A DNA stretch of 64,000 nt, taken from the NCBI RefSeq assembly GCF_037042905.1, contig NC_087246.1, positions 12,400,001-12,464,000 on the forward strand, written 5' to 3'. Positions 38,825 through 49,732 of this stretch are shown here, in pieces (the first letter of the stretch is position 1; each line of letters starts with the position of its first letter). Below the pieces are notes generated by a model that did no database searches, had not been told where the DNA came from, and was given only the letters and a program-made list of their open reading frames with translations. The DNA is from Lytechinus pictus. Taxonomy: Eukaryota. Position numbers and translations under genes: made by a program.

Positions 38825-39361
38825 ATGGAGTCAAACTCGAATCAGCAAATAGGTGGTCAACCATCACTACCAAAACCAGAACCTCAGGACCAGACATCAT
38901 CAATACCTCAAAACAAACCATCATCCCCACCACCACCGCCACCATCATCATCTTCATCTTCATCATCACCATTAAGCAAACCAACATTATCACCACCTGC
39001 ACCACCACCATCAACATCATCATCACCACCACCATCAACGTCACTTTCTAAATCATCACCTCCAACTGCACAATCACAACAACAAATCAAGGTTTCGTCC
39101 CCACCAACACCACCACCAACAAAAACCTCTCCATCACCACCACCACCAGCACCATCATCATCACCACCATCATCATCAACTGCACCATGGATGGATGTCA
39201 AGCTCCAGTGGATCCTCATCATCTCTCATTGGATGTTAGTGTTTGGACCTGTTGTATTCATCAAGATGATAATGATAGCGGCCATCTCCTACTTTGCCTT
39301 TACCATCCTCACTACCAAACGCACAATGGATTCACTGTCAAAGATGTTCAAAGATGATAAG
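38825..39361 (+). CDS. GGR-like gene coding exon 1 (Pro/Ser-rich region plus hydrophobic segment)
   Basis: ACAATGG start; open frame through (CCA/TCA)n; 38-aa hydrophobic stretch at 39203-39316; phase-0 donor AAG|GTGGGT at 39362 joins in frame to 40746. Alternative start at 39191. Confidence 0.7.
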
Positions 39362-42300
39362 GTGGGTGACAGATACCCAAATTGGTGTCTTGGGGATAGT
39401 GAATATGATTGATTGCAAAACTTCATTTTACACTCTCATCTGTTTTAAGTAATTTTTTATCACTTTGCATTTCTGCAACATGATATAGTGTAATATGGTT
39501 ATGGTGTGTGTGTGTGTGGGGGGGGGGTGTAATGGATGTCCCATTTGTTAACTGATGGCAGTATTGAGTGCATGTGGGTGTGTGTGGGGTGAGGGGAGGG
39601 GGCAAATACTGTAAATGCGAATCATAATGATGATATGAAATTGATTTTCTTTCAGCAACAATTTTGTTAAATCAAAATGTACTGAAATCATTCCTCGTTA
39701 GGGTGGGTTAAGATTAAAAAATGATATATTTTCATTTTGAAAATTGATAAGTCAATTAGACTGATTTTAGTTTGAATATGTTTCCAGTTTTACTGTGAAT
39801 TTGACGTAATTCAATAGACAATAATTCATGAAATATCATTTGTCAATTAATCAATCTAGATGTATACCATTTTTCAAACTGGATAACTGGATTGTAAAAA
39901 TTAGTTTACTCCAGGGGGCCGTTTCATAAAGCTGTTCGTAAGTTAAGAGCGACTTTAAGAACGACTGGTGATCCTTTCTTGCGCGCTAAACCATTGCCAA
40001 TGGTATATACCATTTACTAAAAGAAAGGATCACCAGTCGTTCTTAAAGTCGCTCTTATCTTACGAACAGCTTTATGAAACACCCACCTGAAATAAAAGTG
40101 TTGAATGAATAAAAAGACCTGATTAATAGTATGTAAGAAGAACTGATTATTGTTTATCATTACTGATATGTGCTTTCTTTTAATTTCTTCATAAATCTAA
40201 AAGAAAATTGTGCAAGGTGTATTGTATTCCCTCATAATAATTTACATTTTCACTGATGATATGATACATGGCAAAAGAATAGTACAGAAAGAAGTAATCA
40301 GAAATGTGATAAATTTTATTTTCCTCTAAGCATTGGACAGAAATAGAATGATGGTAACGATGAGTGAGGTGGAAGTGGTAGTGGTGGTGGTGGTGATGGG
40401 GATGATGAGGATGATGATGTCATTAATTATTATCATGATGGTGGTGGAGGTGATGGTGTTGGTGTTGGAGGTGGTGATGATGTTGGAGGTGGTGATGATG
40501 GTATTGATGACTATTTATGTGGGTAGATGTGTTGGTAATGATAATGAGGGTAATGATTGTTGTAATGGTGATGACGGATGATGATGATGGTTGTGATAAT
40601 GGTGCTAGGATGATGATCTGATATTGAGGACGAGGATGATGATAATGATGGTATCAACAATTAAGAAGAAGGTGATGACTAAGAACTTTATGTTGAAAAA
40701 TCTAATTGACTCATACCCTCATTTCTTCACTACTTGAATTTACAGGGTACCAAGAAGGCCCACTATGATGTCGCTATCGTTGGAGCTGGTCCAGCTGGGT
40801 CTACCCTGGCTTATTACCTGGCAAAGTCTGGTCGGAAGGTTCTACTCTTGGAAAAGAAAAAGTTCCCCCGAGACAAATATTGTGGCGATGCAGTCTGTAA
40901 GACAGCGGTAGAGATACTGATGGATATGGGTATCTATGACGATCTTATAAACCAGAAAAAGGCCCATGTGGTAAGAAAATTTGAGGATTTAGTATAATAA
41001 ATGAAATCATATTAAAAATTCATGCAAATCTACTTTCCCTCCCAAGTATAAAATCAAACAATATTAATTTTTTTTTCCACAAAAAGTGCCCCCGTTTTAT
41101 TTTTAGTCTGATTGTCAGTGGTATAAACATAAAATGTTATTATATGTATATAACCTAACTTTATTCATTGGTAAACATAACTTATTGACCTATGACCGTA
41201 TTTATATAATCACTTATTATAATTTCAGTAGAAGTAGTATTAGTAGCAGTCTTAATAGCAGCAGCAGCAATTGCAATAGCAACATCAATAGTAATAGTAA
41301 TAGTACTACAGTGCGTCCCAAAAAAAACTATACACTTTTGAAATGGCTGCCAAATAAAAGATTTAGCACTTTGGGGGAAAAGACTTATAGATATGGAAAG
41401 CCAATATAGTCATCTTTCAAATGACACAAAAAAGTTGAAAAACTATTTATGCTTGAGCGAGTACTGCCCATTAAAACAAAGGGTATGAAAATTAGGGTGG
41501 GCCGGAATTAGCCTTCCAATTTCTTTCAGGTTTTTTTGTTTGATACTTGCAAAGTTGAGGGTTATTTGGTGAATAAAAGATCAGATGTGATCAGATTGTT
41601 GTTTGTGAAAATGTAATGCATTATTAAATTGAAATGTAATGCATGAGTGATCATGAATTGCAATTTTTAGTGCAGTATTTTGTCTTTATCATGTGGATCT
41701 CAACAATGTGTTCATGACAGTCAGAAGAGGGGGGTAATATGACTTACATGTAGGTAGGTGAAGTACGTCGATGGTATAAAGGTCAACAGAACATTTAGCA
41801 ACCCCTCCCTCCATCTCTACCCCCTTCCCCCACTTCTTGAGAGACTAAGCTTGTCTAGGCTGGGCAGGAATTAGCCTTACAGTTTTTTGAGAGGTTAGTC
41901 CTTTGGAACTTACAAAGCTAAGGGTGTTCTGCTATTTATGAGTGAGATAAGGTTTGGTTTTTAGGCAAATTTCACGAGTTACTAAATTGAAATGTTATGC
42001 ATGAGTGAACAGGAATTGTAATTTTAGTGTAGCATATTCATCTTGTGGGCCTCAGAAGTGTATTCGTGAGAGTCAGATTAATGTGATGGTACATGTTACA
42101 AGCAACAGGCCGAGATATGCTAACTTGCTAAGACTTGGTTAAAAGGGCATTCCTCTTCATTTTGTCCTTTTACAAATTAAAAGTCATATGTACCCTCCCC
42201 TCTCCACCTCCATTTCCCAGCCCCCCTCTCTCTCTTTCTCTGTATCATTTCCTGGATTGTAGCCTATTCAAAACTTAACTGCCAAGTGACCGGTGGCTGA

Positions 42301-45300
42301 TGGTCAGTTTTTTTTATTTAATGATTACCAAGAAATTTAATGATTATGGTGATTAATGAAGTAATTTATTGAAAAAAACGAATGTTTGATTGGTCACATT
42401 GCACATTGAATGAGTTGATTTACTGATAAATTGTTGATTAAATGATTGATAGGAAAAAGTTGATGCCCCAATTCAGAATTAATCATGAAATCAACATTCT
42501 GCTCTGGACTTCACGTGTACATGACAATAGCCATCAGTCTCTCAACAGGAGGGGAGGGCGGGAAAGATGGAGGGGACGGGGGCTGAATGTTCCGTTGACC
42601 CTTGTTCCATCAACCTACTTCTCCCACTTAAGTCCTATCTCACCCCCTATTCTTCCGACTCCCATGAACACATTGCTGATATCCACATGATAAAGTTGAA
42701 ATGCTGCCCCAAAAGAGATCCAAATGATAAAGTTGAAATGCTGCCCAAAAAGTGTAATTTATGTTCACTCATGCATTAAAGTTCAATTTAATAATTTAAA
42801 AAAATTGCTTAAGCAACCAAAACTGGTCACGGTTGATCATTAATTTATCACAACGCCCTTAACTTTGCAAGTTCGAAAGGATTTGCCTCTCAAATACTGA
42901 CATAAGTTGGAAGGCTAATTCCAGCCCACCCTAATTTTCATACCCTTTGTTTCAGTGGGCAGTGCTCGCTCAAGCATGAATAGTTTTCCAACTTTTTGGT
43001 GTTATTTGAAAGTTGACTTTATTGGCTTTCCATATATGTAAGTCTTTTCCCCCAAAGTGCTACATTTTTTATTTGCCAGCCATTTCAAAAGTGTATAGTT
43101 TTTTTTGGGACGCACTGTAGTGTGGTAAACCTAATTGCATGAACAGCAGTAGTATACTAATGTCGTTGATATCATTACCTTTTCCCAACAGGCAGACAGT
43201 GGAGGTCTTGTTAGCCCTGGTGGTTTGAGCTTCATAGGGCGGAGTCTTGAGATCATGGGTGATATCCCAGCAGCCATTGCATGTAAGAGACTCCATCTTG
43301 ACAATGCTATTGCCATGGCAGCTAAAAAGTGAGTTCACAACCTCTGGTTTCATTAAAATTATTATTGACAATATATTCAATAAATCTATTCACATTTCCA
43401 TTAGCTATTTAAGTGACATGATTTAGTAGCTTGGAGCCTGTTGTTGATAATAGTAATTATCGAGCAGCCACCATGCAATACAGATCTCTAACCAATTTTT
43501 CTCCACATAATTAAATATGCACGGTTAAGATTTGTTTACTTAAAAATAAGAGGGTATCTTCCTTAATACATATATATTTATCAGTGTTGATGTGCATGTG
43601 TACATATTTCAAAATTCTCAAAAATTAAAAACTTAAAGATGACAAAAAGAACATAATTACTAATATCCAGTTTCTAAATTGTCACTGTGATACACATTTG
43701 AAACTGATTGAATGTAAAGCTACAGGTCCCCTAAATAAAATATACTAATTATTTATAAAGTGACAATTTTTACGTTTTAATTTTGTATATGCATATGTCT
43801 GGGAAAAGACTGTTCTTTACAACCAGGGGGGGGGGGGGCGTTTCATCAACATTTTCGTCCGACAAGTTGTCAGATCTGACAACTTTCCTTGATAATGATT
43901 GGCTGGGAGTCACTGTTACCATAGTAAATGTCGGATAAAACAGTACTTGTCGGATAAAACGTCCGACAAGTCCTTTCATGAAACGCTCCCCTGAAAGGTT
44001 ATTAGTAACATGACTTGCTAAGCAACAAGTGATGTGTGCAAACTAATTCAAATTAGTTACTAAATTAATTAATTGAATTATGTTATGTTTTCATAGCGAA
44101 AATCTGAGTACTTAATTCACATGGTAAAAAGTATATGGGAGGACAAATTTCCAGAATTCTATATAAAATAATAGTTCTACATCTCATTTAGATAGCCACG
44201 TTGCATTTGATATGCACCATACAGAACATTACCCAAGTGAATACAACATTGCTGAAGATTTATTGCTTCAGTTTTCCCACTGAGAATGGAATCCACGACC
44301 CGAACTAGTCACCTCTATAGTATGTTTGCTAGTTAACCTGACATAAAGATCCTGATTTATTCCCTTTTCCCCCAGAGCCGGGGCGGATTTGAAGGAGAAC
44401 AGTTCCGTATCGGCTGCTACCCTTGATAAATCAACAGGACTGTGGACCATGTTTCTGGAGGGTGGGGAGCAGCAGACCTACCAGGCACGTGTTCTAGCCT
44501 GCTGCGATGGTGCCCCGTCCACCATGGCTACCAAGCTAGGTATCATTGATACCCCACCCCAGGGATCATGCTCTAGGGCGTATGTAGAGCCGGGGACCCA
44601 CAGGTTTAAGGCTGATGGTGTGGTGATTTATAACAAAGACATGCTCCCAGGTAATGAAATTTCTTCCAATGTTATAAACTCTGTTTACGAAGAGAGATAA
44701 ATATATGTTATACAGTGCTTGGAACAGCAGTTACTAGATGACTGTACACACGATGATCATCATCCTTAGTGATTGTTGCATATATTACTAATCGATGTGT
44801 AGTCATAGAGGTACCATATTATATGCTGTGGATATTTTCTGCAGATATCAACATGTTGTAAATCATATTGTAAAGGACGTTCTTTCAATTGAATTTTATC
44901 AGCCTTTACAGTCACTCCATATTTCAGTGGTAACTTTACATGTGCTTGATTAATACTCTTCTAAGAATATGGCATTTGGATTAGGTTAAACTCTACTTTA
45001 AATTATCCTGTTTTATGTTAAAAGAAATAAAAAATACAATATTGTGAATAAATGTAGTATTGTAATTTATTTGATTTATGAGCAGTAAGTAAAATAATCT
45101 TTTACATCTTGCAGGATATTCTGCCCTATTCCGCCATCCAAACAACGAGCTTAATTACTGTGTCTACATAATCCCTGGTAATCCTCAAATTGGCAATGAT
45201 GACCTACCCTATTGGCATGACAACATCATGAAAAATGATCCCTATGTCAGCAGGGCACTAGGGGACAAGGCTAAAGTGGAAAGGATGAAAGTTGGTAGGT

Positions 45301-48300
45301 ATTTAAGATAATATGAATATGAATATCCGAAGGTTAGTTTAATGTAATATCTCTAAACTTTACATCTGCACTCTCTGGACTACAATGCCATCATCTTTGT
45401 TCTGCAAATTTAAGAAATAGAGGGATGGAAAAGTTTAAAACACATCAAGCTAGAGGAGAAACAAAATACCGTAAAAGTCTATTTATGCAAAAATTATCAT
45501 TCATCTGGGCTTGAAAAGTTCTTTTTGCTACTGATCATTAAATAAATCATGTAATTTTTAATAACTTTTTTTATTTATTATTTTCTTCAATAACTAAGGT
45601 AAACATATATATTTTGCAATAGCTTGTAAAAGAAGAATTATGAAAAGGGCCTTGGAATAAAAAAAAAATTACTGGTTCATTGTTCCTACACCTGTGCAGA
45701 TCTTCTATAAAGAAATAAATTTTGCAATTGAAAAATTGTCACGCACTGTAGTAGAAATACTGATTAACATTGGGATAAACAAAGTGTTGCAACTATCAGG
45801 CAAAATTTCCAAGAAATTGTGCCAATAGACGGTAAAGAGCTTATGCTTGGTATGTTTTTTATTGGTAAATGACGTACGTAGCTATTATGTGGAGTGATCT
45901 ATATTCATCTCTATTATGTAAACTGATCATGTGTTAATTTTCTTGCTGGTACGAGTTAAATGTTTAATCATCTCATGTTACAGCTAGTCTGCGTTTTGGT
46001 GGTGTACCGCGTTCCTATGGCAACCAGGTAATTCTTGTCGGAGATGCAGCTGGCATGATTGACCCTATGACAGGTATGTAACCTTATTAAAAGTATGCAC
46101 ATATTCTTAGAATAGCATGAGATCTTTAAGACCTCAAATATGAACTGAAGATCTTTCCTTCCCAGATGCTTTGTAATTAAAATTTGACAAATTATGGGAG
46201 CTGGCACCTTTGAATACCTCATACAGATTAAATACTTTACACTCGACTCTTTTCCTTAACCCTATTTGATTTTCTCTAATTTCTTTTACTTTGATGTTCT
46301 TTATTCTCTCCTTTTCCCTTTCTCTCTCCTCCTCCAACCTGCATCTGCCTTTCTGACGTTTTTTGACTCTCTTATCAATCTCTCTCTCTTTCTCTCTCTG
46401 AAGCTAATTAAAGACCTGTATTATCAAAGACCTGTCCATGTTCCTTATTCTAGCTCCTTTATATGAAGAAATGTGAATTATTTTAACAAAATCAGCTTGC
46501 TCTTGTAACATAAAACAATTATTCTGTAAAGTTATTCTATCATTCAATGAACACAAATATTCCTTAAAAAGGAATTTAATATGGAACTCCAAGTTCAGTA
46601 CTAAATGCTGATCACATTTTTTAATGAAATGATTTGATCCCTTCTCATAATCCATATAACTGCATGGTTAAGTATAGGGGAATGATTACCATCTGAGCTC
46701 TCTCAGGCTCACACAGTAATATCAAATGAAAAATACTTATAATCAAGACCACTTTACATAGAACCTAACATGTAAAATGAAATAAAAGAGAAAAGCCCTA
46801 AAAAGTGACATCTCAACTAGAATTCCCTTACACCATCCAAGAATATGATTTTAATTATTCATGAACTGATTTTGATCTAATCAATTTATCATGTCCCAAA
46901 GGGGAAGGAATCCATCTTGCCATGGATGGCGGACGCTTAGCGGCAATGTTCTTGGAGGAGGCCCTCGCTCATGGGAACGTGTCCAGGGAGGCTATGGAGA
47001 TCTATCATCAGCGCTGGATGGATAAGTTTGGACACGATTTCAAATGGTGAGAAATCACTGTTGCTATGGTAACTAGTTGAATAATGTGAAAACTGGACTT
47101 CAGGAAAATATGCATGCACACATACAGAGCCATTAGCAGCACTCCATGTGAGGAGAATGCACATACATGTGATACAATGTAAATAACATGATTGAAGGGA
47201 ACCTTCTGGGCCGTGTGAAATAAAGAAATACAATCACTTTTATTATTGAGTATAACTGTGTAGAAAAGTTACAATCACTTTTATATATTAATTGTATCTC
47301 TGTATGTTTGTATGTTATACTCTTAAGTTCTGGGGAGGGTAACAACTATTTTGTTTTTACGCTTTCACAATTTTTCTTGTCATTTATGAATCATATAAAA
47401 ATATTAAGTTCTACTGAAATATGATTATCCTTTGAATTCATTTGTACTGAACTAAGGGGGGGTGGACCAAACTTTCAAACCAAATTCATTTGTGGTTCCT
47501 AAATCTTTGTTTCTGTCTGCAGCTCCAGTATATTTATTGGAAAGTGAGTGAATTCAATCATACCTAAATCCTCCACGGAACAACATTGCTTTTGTGTTCA
47601 GCTCATCTTCTGTACGCAAATACTTGGAAAAAAGTTTTTAAAAGCATGAATATCACCTGACCAGATTTAATATTACCCTAAGTACCTGTAGTTTTGTGTA
47701 GCTTCCCCCGGACATTCTTGAAGAGTGCAGGATTTCTTATCAATTACTGTCACATGTAAAATTTTATCATTCTATAATAGGTCATCATATATTAGTCAAC
47801 TTCAATATAAGTTCCCAATATTACTGGATGCAGCAACAGCAGGTATTCAACGTAAAGGTAACTAATCTCTTACCCTATTATGTCATTTCTGCTGTTTGTA
47901 ATTATAGTATGAAATTGTATTTGGAAAGCTGGACTTGCAATTTTCAAAGAGAACATTCACGCTCAGGCAAGCTGAGGAAATCATCCAAGATCAGATATGG
48001 ATTGTTTTCTTGCTTGAAAAGTCCAGATTTATGATTCCCTACTTTCCTTGACTACAGTGTATATCTTCCATGGTGATTCGAAAGTAGAATTGGTTTATTG
48101 TACACGATGTGACAGGATCCAGTACAACATGGCACTGGTTGTTAAGAAATGAGTTTCAGGTGTCCTTAGTAAGAATGTCTCATTGCTTTGATTTTCTTGT
48201 TTACTGAATTCTTTATTTGATATTCCATTTCATAAACCTCCAGCCAATAATAATTGTTGACTATCTCTACAATCTAGGAAAATAAAAAGTTTCGTTAAAA

Positions 48301-48664
48301 GAACCATGTTTTCTAGTGGATCGGGACGATGTTCCCCTCAAGGCAAGTAAAAGACAATATTATGTAACTAAATAACTCTTCTAAAATATCAAAGACAACA
48401 TACAACTAACATTTTCCTTTTTAATTCCTCAGCATGACATCTTAAAGACAGTCATCCTTTTGTATTAATTCCTTTTCAGGTGATTCTTTCATGGCCAAAT
48501 GGGCGGACATCATGACCGGTCGAGTGCCAAAGGTCAACCTACTTAGACCGGAGTTTGTTATTGTTGTTGGCTTTGAACTTGCTTGCCTCCTGTCTCAGCG
48601 ATTACTTGGGTTTGAATCAGGAGATACAAGTCAGGAGCATGAAGCAAGGCAAAAGGAAGAGTGA
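38825..48664 (+). CDS. Geranylgeranyl-reductase-family FAD-dependent oxidoreductase, 616 aa; join(38825..39361,40746..40970,43192..43328,44376..44650,45115..45294,45984..46073,46902..47046,47781..47857,48480..48664)
   Basis: All eight introns are GT-AG with matching phases; total 1851 nt = 617 codons. Motifs: DVAIVGAGPAGS (GxGxxG), LLEKKKFPRDKYCGDAV, RLHLDNAIAMAAKKAGA, CCDGAPS, LVGDAAGMIDPMTGEGIHLAM. I recall similar invertebrate proteins being auto-annotated as conditioned medium factor receptor 1-like (Dictyostelium CmfB); unverified. Confidence 0.9.
39912..40089. mobile_element. Palindromic MITE (second copy at 61386-61549)
   Basis: GTTTCATAAAGCTGTTCGTAAG...AGAGCGACTTTAAGAACGACTGGTGATCCTTTCTT and its inverted copy ending TTTATGAAACACCCACCTG. 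Confidence 0.8.
40345..40680. repeat. (GAT/GGT)n compound microsatellite in GGR-like intron 1
   Basis: GGTGGTGATGATG runs. Confidence 0.85.
40746..40970 (+). CDS. GGR-like coding exon 2 (FAD-binding Rossmann motif)
   Basis: TTTACAG|GGT; GTKKAHYDVAIVGAGPAGSTLAYYLAKSGRKVLLLEKKKFPRDKYCGDAVC...KAHV; donor GTAAGA at 40971. Confidence 0.95.
41309..43117 (+). mobile_element. 1.8-kb non-autonomous Tc1/mariner-like element, copy A (GGR-like intron 2)
   Basis: CAGTGCGTCCCAAAAAAAACTATACACTTTTGAAATGGCTG ends, ~210-bp imperfect TIRs, TA on both flanks (41307-41308, 43118-43119); inserted at the end of an (AGT/AGC)n tract; no transposase ORF. Confidence 0.9.
43192..43328 (+). CDS. GGR-like coding exon 3
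   Basis: CCCAACAG|GCA; ADSGGLVSPGGLSFIGRSLEIMGDIPAAIACKRLHLDNAIAMAAK; donor GTGAGT at 43329, phase 2. Confidence 0.9.
43824..43993. mobile_element. Short MITE in GGR-like intron 3
   Basis: CAGGGG...GCGTTTCATCAA / TTCATGAAACGCTCCCCTG ends; internal TCCGACA/TGTCGGA repeats. Confidence 0.7.
44376..44650 (+). CDS. GGR-like coding exon 4
   Basis: CCCCCAG|A; AGADLKENS...ARVLACCDGAPSTMATKLG...KDMLP; donor GTAATG at 44651, phase 1. Confidence 0.92.
45115..45294 (+). CDS. GGR-like coding exon 5
   Basis: CTTGCAG|GA; GYSALFRHPNNELNYCVYIIPGNP...KAKVERMKV; donor GTAGGT at 45295. Confidence 0.88.
45984..46073 (+). CDS. GGR-like coding exon 6 (GD motif)
   Basis: TTACAG|CT; ASLRFGGVPRSYGNQVILVGDAAGMIDPMT; donor GTATGT at 46074. 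Confidence 0.93.
46902..47046 (+). CDS. GGR-like coding exon 7
   Basis: CCCAAAG|GG; GEGIHLAMDGGRLAAMFLEEALAHGNVSREAMEIYHQRWMDKFGHDFK; donor GTGAGA at 47047. Confidence 0.92.
47781..47857 (+). CDS. GGR-like coding exon 8
   Basis: TAATAG|G; WSSYISQLQYKFPILLDAATAGIQRK; donor GTAACT at 47858; phases fit both neighbours. Confidence 0.8.
48480..48664 (+). CDS. GGR-like coding exon 9 (last)
   Basis: CCTTTTCAG|GT; GDSFMAKWADIMTGRVPKVNLLRPEFVIVVGFELACLLSQRLLGF...QKEE, TGA at 48662-48664; AATAAA at 48770 and 49346. Confidence 0.85.
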
Positions 48665-49732
48665 CAAAAACAATCATGAACAGTCAAGAGGAAAATATAT
48701 TTTGATATTCTATGATTATTTAAGATATATGATAAAATCACTGTGGAAACAAGAAGTTATGCCCAATGAAATAAAGTCAATCATACCCTTGCCAAATTTC
48801 GTAATTGAGATGTACATGAACAATTATCTTGTCCCGATTTATGTTTAGAAGATGAATATGACATGATTATCGAAGCTTAGATAGCTTAACAAAAAAAATG
48901 TCTGTTGCCTAATATAATAGCTTCACAGCTTATTGGGTTTCACTGCGATTTTTTTGTATTCCTAATTGGTTTGTCTATGCATTAATGGTAGGATTACAAA
49001 GGAAAAGATGCTGAGTGGGTTCCTGATCAAATTTGGCTTGGAGTTTTACTTCTTGTTATATCATCTTTTTTTAAACTATTTTTTCCCTAACCATTTTCAA
49101 ACAATCGATAGTAATGACCAAATTGCTTTTCAATTATCTGTAATTGCAGGAACCAAAAATTCAATATAGATGAACACATTCTTCTTATCAAACATATTTT
49201 TATACATATTTGATACTACTATTTTCATACTACTTTGAACATTCGGTATAGTTTGATGAAACACTCCAAGTTGTAATTACTCTCGAATCACAGAGGCAAT
49301 TAATATTCATTTTCAAATTTTTTTAGACTTTGTTGATGGAAACAAAATAAATGTTTAAATCAGAAAAATTAAAGTAGAGCTCATTTTTTTTGTCTCAAAT
49401 ATTGATGCTGCTGACTGATTTAGAATAGATTTCTGAAAAAGGATGGACGGTTAATCACAAAGGAAAGAAATTTTATTCTATTCCTTATACTATTTACATT
49501 CTCATACATGTTGAAGATGGAGGGTGAACCTAGAATTAAGTCTGGAGTTAAACCTAGGTTTAATTATGAAGATTCAACACATTCTGAAAGAAGGATGTTA
49601 TTACACTCTTACATTGTAAGTGGAGTAAGCATAAGTTATGGTTTAGAAAGTCTTTAAAACTATATATATAACCAGAGAATATATGTGAGAATGTCACCAA
49701 AAATGAATTGGTATTGTCAACCTCACTCTCTA

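Noticed and set aside
38659-39222. ORFs 38659-39051(+), 38820-39044(-), 38908-39222(-)
   Set aside because: Alternative readings of the same trinucleotide-rich tract; only the 38825 frame splices in frame to the enzyme exons.
40333-40581. Val/Met-rich 82-aa ORF
   Set aside because: Translation of an intronic (GGT/GAT)n microsatellite.
38825-48664. Bacterial contamination or very recent horizontal transfer of the GGR-like gene
   Set aside because: Eight spliceosomal introns containing host MITEs, host-like composition and contiguous sequence with TTC28. Ancient transfer cannot be excluded.
13307-48664. TPST plus GGR-like gene as a biosynthetic gene cluster for sulfated lipids
   Set aside because: TPST is a Golgi protein-tyrosine sulfotransferase, not a small-molecule SULT; adjacency alone is no evidence of a shared pathway.
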